DNA of 64,000 nt from positions 15,601 through 79,600 of the IMG/VR virus record IMGVR_UViG_3300022407_004352. One strand, written 5' to 3'. Positions 57,801 through 64,000 of this stretch are shown here, piece by piece. The notes beneath the pieces are model-generated. The model ran no database searches, had not been told where the DNA came from, and saw only the letters and a program-made list of their open reading frames with translations. This stretch comes from a virus. Its lineage: Duplodnaviria; Caudoviricetes. The translations under genes and the position numbers were made by a program. Each line of letters starts with the position of its first letter. Position 1 is the first letter of the stretch.

Positions 57801-57873
57801 TGTTATTGCTAATCTTCAAGAAAGAGTAAATGAATTAGAAACTAAACTTCAAACATACGGACTATTAACTTAA
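54811..57873 (+). CDS. Long tail fibre protein (N-terminal DUF2793-like)
   Basis: PP.SPVEGDRHLVA..ATGAFSGKED.VA.W; four R-S-[LY]-I-D-K-G-[YF]-A-D-type repeats; beta-rich. Confidence 0.75.
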   Translation: MSINLGNVVGLLRSQTPPTKKYLLWAKVLNPTFPDIVEINYWDEVSLAWTPVTDSTTQYWLRPVISIATAPPVSPVEGDRHLVAPTGATGAFSGKEDQVATWRNLAWVFTIPLDGYIVSNRAEVNKLYDYRGTYGSGGDWFENDFQVPIAPGTYIPSTEKGAALGVVPLDVNTKILFNYINGSTLPFTPINPGDWLGGTDNVWSALEQVRTLAAIGASVLTNGSGTTASGTTLNLGGSLSADANLIIPASTFVKFTDNLAQESYLRTGRNVNLFETVGLYRNDSIPADTLALTIKNTEFRSFITQNIGTIGSTLLINGTGQLLSSIGGGGVNQSDITNQYATGITITQAGTGRFFGAAADYSAQYTNRSYIDKGFADATYISILAGDYWSRSSGGILTSPNVIDFSTYSLTFTGTTGQIFFSSDGYIDFTTTGLSGINMNAPIVNLSTNSFYVGGLLSNLTVTDSFGGGFIVNTPDGNIEIDPTKLRLSTYINSIRLDSGGSIYLTTDTDNLYFQVDGTLDVDVNEGYVVSGPILTFEGIRYNANYSTNYTIRSLIDKGYADATYAALTSASISFVTDSFSVNPISGGGMGYSTSGFEINLPDGSFLYFNDLQGFKILTVSNPIEIVSGTSIEITAIGVDVIVDTEFTIHGPVLTFQGAEYSNDFSANYTLRSLIDKGYADSNYLRTGGTSTLSSNLLIDSTNIYGIDIGLPGQLLTYFNVNASTAQLSADDGVSTASLSLLPNNFTLSISYGTSLAGTPSNILIDGDNGTFQGLVYNQDFSNEFVAGSLINKGYTDLTYAPLLGGTNVTNFGIGVTATHKLHIQSSDGITDTNLLLIQDDLAAYILQLTLSAGAGYLEINARAYIDSPTDISFYAGTYFMVTAGSYIDMSTNDYINITAGTTLTLASLGNHINITSADQVIITSAMGTSIEGNILVNTNGLGFYGTLPVLKATALTAALTTVTFTAPGTPDYDYGVGTNSSAWGWSSSDEFTSAISVIANLQERVNELETKLQTYGLLT

Positions 57874-57886
57874 TAAATATAAATTT

Positions 57887-58159
57887 ATGGCAATAATACA
57901 AACAACCGCAAAAGATGTAACAAATCAACAAGCAGCAGATTTTAGAGATGCAGTTTGTGATGTTTATCGTTATCCAGCAACAATCCGAAACCCCGCTTAT
58001 ACACCCGGGGGTCAAGAACCTCAAACAATACCCAACCCGGTAAGCAGGGCTGCTTTTGCACAGGCCAAATTGGATGAGTTTGTTTGGGCTTGGGGAAGAA
58101 ATCTCGTAACGAATCACAAGAGAAAACTATTACCCCCTATTGGTGATGTTGGATTGTAA
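57887..58159 (+). CDS. Hypothetical protein (fibre-associated)
   Basis: Follows the fibre gene. Confidence 0.6.
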   Translation: MAIIQTTAKDVTNQQAADFRDAVCDVYRYPATIRNPAYTPGGQEPQTIPNPVSRAAFAQAKLDEFVWAWGRNLVTNHKRKLLPPIGDVGL

Positions 58160-58186
58160 GTACTATTTTAGTAAAATATAAAACCC

Positions 58187-58636
58187 ATGAAGAAAGCAAG
58201 CAAAGAAAAAGAACCTAACAAACCCAAAACAGCCCTAACCCTGCGGAGAGTATTCGAGATAGCCTCCTGGCTACGACAGATAAACAATATGTCCTTGGTT
58301 AAGGGTGAGGTAGCTCTGTCCTTGATCCGTTGGGCCCTTGAGTTAGATGTACATTTAAAACCCGTGGATGTTCATAAGAATAACTTAATCAAACGGTTTA
58401 GGGATGAACAAGGTTTAAGTGGGGTAGCTTTGGATACCCGAGTAGCAGTAGAGTTGGAGAAGATTTTGGATGCGGATAATGCCATGGTTGAGGTAACCAT
58501 ACCTCGACTTACAGCTAGCAACTTTATTGCAGACCGAGACTACAAGAGTTCGGACATACGGGAAGGTGATCTATTAGTACCGCTGGGTGTGCTGAGAGTT
58601 CTGCATGAATACCTAGAAGAGGATACTGCCGAATAA
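58187..58636 (+). CDS. Hypothetical protein (possible fibre chaperone)
   Basis: Position. Confidence 0.5.
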   Translation: MKKASKEKEPNKPKTALTLRRVFEIASWLRQINNMSLVKGEVALSLIRWALELDVHLKPVDVHKNNLIKRFRDEQGLSGVALDTRVAVELEKILDADNAMVEVTIPRLTASNFIADRDYKSSDIREGDLLVPLGVLRVLHEYLEEDTAE

Positions 58637-58681
58637 GATCACTTACTACAAGCTCGAGTATATACATATAAAACGAAAAAG

Positions 58682-59275
58682 ATGAGTAATTTTGAGTATA
58701 TTTTATATGTGCTAACTGTAGGAGCTTGGTTGGTGAATGAGTGGAGAAAAGAAAAGAGACTAAAGAAGAAAATAGACCCCAAAGCTTTTGAGTCTGCCTA
58801 TAATATAGATGGTAAAGTATACCCAGTACTTTATCATCTATTAATGGTCCTTAAAGCTCAACGAGTTTATATCATCCAATTTCATAACGGGGAACATTTC
58901 TACAGTGGACAATCCATACAAAGATACTCCATCAGTCATGAGGTAGTAAGACCCGGAGCAAGTCCCCTACGAAGAAGCTACATAAACATACCGATAACTT
59001 TCCGGATGCATGAACTTATAAAACAGCTAAAGAGAGAGGGGATGACTTCTACAACCCTAGCGGATATAAACGAAGGAGATACCCACTTAAAAGATTTTTT
59101 ATTGCTATATAACTCGAGGTCTTCATTTGATTACCATATTACAGATATAAATCAAAGAACTATAGGAATCCTAAGTATCCATTTTACTGTAGATGATCCA
59201 ATGGATGAGGTTGAGCATCTAAAAGTGGAACACTCGATCAATCAAATCAGGAACATATTAACTTCAAAGCCATGA
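58682..59275 (+). CDS. Single-TM protein with GAF-like domain (possible T4 T-like holin)
   Basis: N-terminal TM, RVYIIQFHNG...S...YSISHE, IGILSIHF. Confidence 0.4.
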   Translation: MSNFEYILYVLTVGAWLVNEWRKEKRLKKKIDPKAFESAYNIDGKVYPVLYHLLMVLKAQRVYIIQFHNGEHFYSGQSIQRYSISHEVVRPGASPLRRSYINIPITFRMHELIKQLKREGMTSTTLADINEGDTHLKDFLLLYNSRSSFDYHITDINQRTIGILSIHFTVDDPMDEVEHLKVEHSINQIRNILTSKP

Positions 59276-60936
59276 CTCAGACCCGTTTCCATAACTATCG
59301 TAGAAAGCTAAGATCATTTGAGGAGAACCAACGATTCCTTGGCTTAACCATACCCGGGGTATACTCTGGGTTTGATCGCTTAGAACCCATTTCAGGAACT
59401 ACCGTAAGAATTCACCACGATATTTCCGGAATAGCCCCAACGGATACTGATAACACTACCGTACTTAATAAACGGGGAGTATCTGTAACTAAGCAAGGTT
59501 TCTTTATCTATGATGATGCCCCCATTGATGTAGAGGTAAGTCTAAACACCGGCAATGCTTTTACAAGAATAGACTATCTGATAGTAACTCATCAATACCT
59601 AGCTTCTGTGGGAGGCCAGAGTGCGACTTACTCGATTCTCACTGGTGCACTAGGGGGTCCAGTAGAACCCAGCTTGACTACTCCTCAGCTACAAGTCCTA
59701 TTGGGTAAGATTTATGTACCTGCTTCTGCTGCCTCACATGCTAATACAGTCTTTGTTAAAAATGCTATACCATCTTTGGGTGGGTATTCATTTAATAAAT
59801 TAACGGAATCCGATATTAATGCAGTTCAGAATTTTGCTCTAGTAAATGATTTCAATGCTCAAGTGAGAAGCGAGATAGTATACTTGGGGAATAATCCAAT
59901 AAATGCTCCCGTATCCGCTAGCAGATGGACTTTATTGACCATGAGAAGTGGGTCCTATATTACTCAATTGGCTTCAAATGCTGATAATGGAAAACTCTAT
60001 TCAAGAGCTTCCACCAATGGGGGATCAACCTGGTTACCTTGGGTGAATATGAATAATCCGGATGTAGTAATTGACTTTCAACCCATAACGGACCAGATTG
60101 GAACAAGAGTATATACGGAAGACAACTATGTAACCGATCTTCAAACAGTAACTCAATCCATAGATGCTCTTGACATAGAGTTGAAGGATACAAACGATGC
60201 TTTAGGTACTACTAATACCAACGTATCCAATGTAAGCTCGGCTGTTGGCAATAGGACTTATGATGATCAGCATGTATTAACTAACGGTGAATCTGTAACC
60301 GCTAGTTTGAATAAGTTGGATAAGAGCTTTAAGCATTATGCTTCCGGTAATTTGAATACTATTCTAGTACCGGGAAGGTACTCTATAAATGGGGGAGCAG
60401 TTCTAAACTCACCATCGGGATTCGGAACTACTTACATACTGGATGTTAATACCTATACTACAGATTACAAAATTCAAAGAGCTTACTATGTAGGAGACCT
60501 TAACCCGGGCCCAATAGTTCCAAGTTATGGGAAAGTTTGGGTGAGAACTTATCAAATCTCAACTACAACTTGGGGGGCTTGGCAACAAGTATCTAATGCT
60601 GAGCATGTGGATGATAATATAAAGGTAAGGGTTAAGAAATTCACTTTTGTTCTAAACCTACAAACTGGGGGCGGATCGAACGCAGTAATTTTAACTGGGA
60701 TAGACTTAGAGAAGTTTATTGGGGTAACTGGAAACCTAATGAGAAATGACACTGAGGACCGTGTCCCGCTGCAGTCGGCCAATGGGTCAACAACCCTAGC
60801 TGCCTCGCATTGCTTTGCCCGTATCCTATACAATATTAGTCCAGCCTACCTTACTTTTGAATATGGAACAGATTTCAGAACAGCCGACTACAATGCCGCT
60901 ACTCTTACTCTGTATGTCACCTATGATGGGAATTAA
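59272..60936 (+). CDS. Second tail fibre/receptor-binding protein with two knob-like domains
   Basis: Q.A...NGKLYSR...GGSTWLPW and NLN...PGRY...QRAYY...KVWVR.....WGAWQQV. Confidence 0.65.
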   Translation: MTQTRFHNYRRKLRSFEENQRFLGLTIPGVYSGFDRLEPISGTTVRIHHDISGIAPTDTDNTTVLNKRGVSVTKQGFFIYDDAPIDVEVSLNTGNAFTRIDYLIVTHQYLASVGGQSATYSILTGALGGPVEPSLTTPQLQVLLGKIYVPASAASHANTVFVKNAIPSLGGYSFNKLTESDINAVQNFALVNDFNAQVRSEIVYLGNNPINAPVSASRWTLLTMRSGSYITQLASNADNGKLYSRASTNGGSTWLPWVNMNNPDVVIDFQPITDQIGTRVYTEDNYVTDLQTVTQSIDALDIELKDTNDALGTTNTNVSNVSSAVGNRTYDDQHVLTNGESVTASLNKLDKSFKHYASGNLNTILVPGRYSINGGAVLNSPSGFGTTYILDVNTYTTDYKIQRAYYVGDLNPGPIVPSYGKVWVRTYQISTTTWGAWQQVSNAEHVDDNIKVRVKKFTFVLNLQTGGGSNAVILTGIDLEKFIGVTGNLMRNDTEDRVPLQSANGSTTLAASHCFARILYNISPAYLTFEYGTDFRTADYNAATLTLYVTYDGN

Positions 60937-61577
60937 ATTGCTATTCGAGTATCTTGAAAATGTACCTTAGCATTATTGATTGCTAGCTTGATCTCTTTAC
61001 GAAGGATGTCTACCCTATAAACAGCTTCCTTTGATAATCCCCAGCCCAGGTAGTCTGCTATCATGGAGCTGGGGATTTTAGTTGTTGAAAACTTAGAACG
61101 AGATAATTCACTCAATATGAATAGGGGTGGATTTAATTCTACTTCCAATACCCTATAAGCTTCTTCACTTAAAGACTCATCCATAAATTCCATTACCAAT
61201 TTAAGAAAGAACTCTCTCTCATCATACTCATATTCTATCTGAGTTTCTTTTAGAGAGTATACCTCATCAATATCAATCATAGAGTTATAGATATTACTCT
61301 TTGAATACCCTTTACGAAGTATTCGATTCTTAAAGAATTGCAGGGATTTTATGAGGTGGGCTTTTAATTCTTCGGGTTCCTTGTCCTTAAAGTATTTATT
61401 GAATACAAATAAGAACTTAACATCGAACCATGATAGTATCTCTTTATAATCTACTCCAAATCTTCGGGAGTCAATCTGGTAAGCTAGTTTTCTTCTGAGT
61501 CCATCAGTAGCTTTGTAGAGTTGATTAAAGAGCTGGGGATCATAATCACCCATGGGTGTTAGCCGGTTTTCTTCCAT
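60933..61577 (-). CDS. Phage RNA polymerase sigma-like factor
   Basis: Region-2-like LFNQLYKAT..L..KLA..I...DIL-type helix pattern, AHLIKSLQFFKNRILR, and C-terminal HTH (IADYLGW). Confidence 0.6.
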   Translation of the reverse strand: MEENRLTPMGDYDPQLFNQLYKATDGLRRKLAYQIDSRRFGVDYKEILSWFDVKFLFVFNKYFKDKEPEELKAHLIKSLQFFKNRILRKGYSKSNIYNSMIDIDEVYSLKETQIEYEYDEREFFLKLVMEFMDESLSEEAYRVLEVELNPPLFILSELSRSKFSTTKIPSSMIADYLGWGLSKEAVYRVDILRKEIKLAINNAKVHFQDTRIAI

Positions 61578-61626
61578 AATTTTAAATTTTGGGTTGCTAT
61601 TAGATAAAAAAATTCTTAACGGAATT

Positions 61627-61634
61627 CAAATATA
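61627..61634 (-). promoter_or_regulatory. -7 box (TATATTTG) for the sigma-like gene
   Basis: Exact match on the minus strand, 50 nt before the start. Confidence 0.6.
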
Positions 61635-61705
61635 AAAGATGAGTTTTGAAATTAAAAATTACTGATGAAACTTTTTTTAAACTGGGTTTACTATTATATT
61701 AATAT

Positions 61706-63160
61706 ATGACTAAATCGACCTCTAGTAAATTTCTCTTTGATCTTGACTTCCAATATGAGATACTTCGCTTTACTTTAAAAGACCGAGACGGATATAAGGC
61801 TCTTCAACTTTACAAATTTGACTACTTTGATTTGGAAGAGCAAAAGGTAATAGCCCGAGCTGTACATAAATTCTTTAAACGAACCGGAAGAGTTCCCAAA
61901 TCTGCAGCTCTGCTCAATGAGGAACTAAATGGCCTATTTAAAAGCAGGGACTATGCCCAGGCATTTCTACAAAAGGATAGAGCAGCCATAAAGAAGCGAG
62001 TAAATTCTTTGTACAAGGGTCTTCTAAGAGAGCCCGATGAAATCTTAGCCAAAGTAAGAACCTTTGCTTCCTATGTAGAGTTTAAAAAGGTTCTTGAAGA
62101 AGTTAATCTATCCGACTACACCCAGTACGCTACCTACCTGAAAAGAATTCAGACTGCTATACACATGGGCATGAAGATTAATGAGCGCCAAGGTTTATTC
62201 ATGGTTAACTCTGCTCAAGCTAGGTTTCTAGGTAGAAAATCCAATGATGAATTAATCATACCCACAAGAATAAGACAGGTAGACCGACTCACAAATGCCG
62301 GGGGCTATACTCGGGGAAGCTTAATAGTGATTATAGATAAACCAAAGAAGGGGAAAACTCTATTACTAGTTAACATTGCAAGGTTCTTTATATCCAAACG
62401 ATCAGAGAAAGCACTCTCTTCCAATAAGAAGGTTATATACTTTGACCTGGAGAATGGAGAACAGAATATATCCTACCGAGTGGATCAAGCTCTGGCTAGA
62501 GCTAATAAATTGGAGGTAATTCAAGGCCGACATGATGAGAAACTTAAGAAGATTTACCGTAAGCTAAAGAGGTTGGGTGGAGAACTCTACGTAAAAAGAA
62601 TGCCGGCTTATTGCACTACCCACGATTTCCAAAAGGTAATGGATGATCTTTACTCAGAATATGGAATGAAATTCGATGTAGGAGTGATTGATTACATGGG
62701 ACTAATGGGTTCTATATCGGGAAAGAAAGATGACTTTGAAAGAATATCAGATGCTTACCTGGATACAAAAAACTGGGCAGAGAAGAATGAATTAGATATG
62801 GTATTTACTGGACACCATGTTAAAAGAGAAGCCTACTCGAGAAGAAGTAGCAAATACAAATCGGATGATCTAGCTAAATGCATTGACATTGAAAGACATG
62901 TGGATGCTATCTATGGCATACAGCAGAATGAGGATGAGGAAGCAGCTAACATAATGAGGTTGGAACTTATTGTACAAAGAGACGGGTATCCATCCGGAAG
63001 AGCCCTATTCAATGTTAACCTACAGGAACAAAGATTAACTGAATTCTCCACTGCTGAGGTGGATGAGTATAATGATACTATAGGAAAGAATGTAAGGGAT
63101 GAACATGACTCGGGGCCAGAGAGGAAACGGAAAACCTTTAAGACTGATTTTCAGGAATGA
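61706..63160 (+). CDS. dnaB: Replicative DNA helicase (DnaB-like)
   Basis: Walker A KPKKGKT, FDLE, Walker B VIDYMGL, H.V.R, DAIYGIQQ, VQRDG. Confidence 0.88.
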   Translation: MTKSTSSKFLFDLDFQYEILRFTLKDRDGYKALQLYKFDYFDLEEQKVIARAVHKFFKRTGRVPKSAALLNEELNGLFKSRDYAQAFLQKDRAAIKKRVNSLYKGLLREPDEILAKVRTFASYVEFKKVLEEVNLSDYTQYATYLKRIQTAIHMGMKINERQGLFMVNSAQARFLGRKSNDELIIPTRIRQVDRLTNAGGYTRGSLIVIIDKPKKGKTLLLVNIARFFISKRSEKALSSNKKVIYFDLENGEQNISYRVDQALARANKLEVIQGRHDEKLKKIYRKLKRLGGELYVKRMPAYCTTHDFQKVMDDLYSEYGMKFDVGVIDYMGLMGSISGKKDDFERISDAYLDTKNWAEKNELDMVFTGHHVKREAYSRRSSKYKSDDLAKCIDIERHVDAIYGIQQNEDEEAANIMRLELIVQRDGYPSGRALFNVNLQEQRLTEFSTAEVDEYNDTIGKNVRDEHDSGPERKRKTFKTDFQE

Positions 63161-64000
63161 GATTAAACAGAGAGATAGCCGGGAAATTAGCCCAGTACTT
63201 TAAGGATAAACTAGATGTTAAACCCCATAGGACTGGATGGTTACGTCAGGGTACTTGTCCATCCTGTGGCAAGGAGAAAAAATTTGGTGTAAATCCTTTA
63301 TTCGATAGGACTAATTGCTTTGCTTGCGGGTATCATCCGAAACCCTTTGATCTATTAATGCACCTAGAGGGTTTTTCTACTTGGGTAGAAGCTCATGGAT
63401 ATTTAAAATCCTTTGAAGGAACAGACTACAGGGACTCACCCGTAGAGTTAATAAAGGAAAGGGAAGTAAGATTACCCGAATCTTACAAACTACTTATACT
63501 GGGGGACTCTCATATGGCTAACATGGCTAGGAGTTATATGCTAAAACGGGGATACAAAAATTTAACTGCCTTAGCGATGAAAGGGGTTGGTTATTGTACT
63601 ACGGGGGATTTTGCGGGCAGGATCATTATACCCTACTACAGAGCAGGAAGATTGATATATTATAATGCTAGGCAATTTATAAAGATCGGAGCTGGTGGAC
63701 CTCATAAGAACCCGGGCATGGATTTAACCGGATTAGGAAAGTCAATGGTCATGTTTAATTCAGATGCTCTATACATTTATGATAGTTGTTATCTGGTAGA
63801 ATCTGCTACGAATGCTTTAACCCTGGGGGATAGAGCTTTTAGTACCGGAGGTAAGATTCTTTCTAATTACCAAATATCCGATATAATAAAAAGCCCATGC
63901 AAACGAATTACTATCATACTCGACCCGGATGCTCAGTGGGAAGCTCTTAAAACGGGGCTTGAATTGTCAAGACATAAGAGGGTAAGAATTGTTTTCCTCC
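63157..64000 (+). CDS. dnaG: DNA primase (3'-truncated; not in ORF track)
   Basis: MRLNREIAGK...CPSCGK...NCFACG zinc finger; TOPRIM VESATNA and ILDPD. Confidence 0.88.
   Translation, partial: MRLNREIAGKLAQYFKDKLDVKPHRTGWLRQGTCPSCGKEKKFGVNPLFDRTNCFACGYHPKPFDLLMHLEGFSTWVEAHGYLKSFEGTDYRDSPVELIKEREVRLPESYKLLILGDSHMANMARSYMLKRGYKNLTALAMKGVGYCTTGDFAGRIIIPYYRAGRLIYYNARQFIKIGAGGPHKNPGMDLTGLGKSMVMFNSDALYIYDSCYLVESATNALTLGDRAFSTGGKILSNYQISDIIKSPCKRITIILDPDAQWEALKTGLELSRHKRVRIVFL

Noticed and set aside
30633-60833. Many short overlapping ORFs antisense or out of frame within structural genes
   Set aside because: They are fully nested in well-supported long genes and show no motifs or leaders.

Overview
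A 64-kb segment of a tailed dsDNA phage with a contractile tail (myovirus morphology: sheath, tube, tape measure, gp25/J-type baseplate). The host is most likely in Bacteroidota, judged from TAnnTTTG-type -7 promoter boxes, A-rich leaders without a Shine-Dalgarno, and an Hc1-like histone gene. There are three transcription blocks. (1) + strand 1-22.3 kb: resolvase, NusG paralog, then about 50 small early-type genes in promoter/terminator-bounded cassettes. (2) - strand 22.4-27.3 kb: small accessory genes and a pyrimidine-dimer glycosylase-like gene. (3) + strand 27.4-60.9 kb: C5 methyltransferase, lysis, packaging, head, neck, tail and fibre genes. A sigma-like gene (- strand), a DnaB-like helicase and a primase follow. 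No tRNA, rRNA, CRISPR array, integrase or reverse transcriptase was seen. The headline observation is a 784-bp island (21550-22333) at the convergence of blocks 1 and 2 with no AC or GT dinucleotide at all. It carries two genes whose proteins therefore lack Thr and Val. Each gene sits behind a promoter-like box abutted by an identical-spacing TCGGA-N6-TCCGA palindrome. The island is flanked by GC-rich repeated modules, 21-bp direct repeats and a putative small terminase, and the depletion decays gradually leftwards. My inference is that this is a genome end or first-injected segment purged of a dinucleotide target, either of the phage's own DNA modification or of a host defence. All function calls come from motif recognition by eye; no searches were run.
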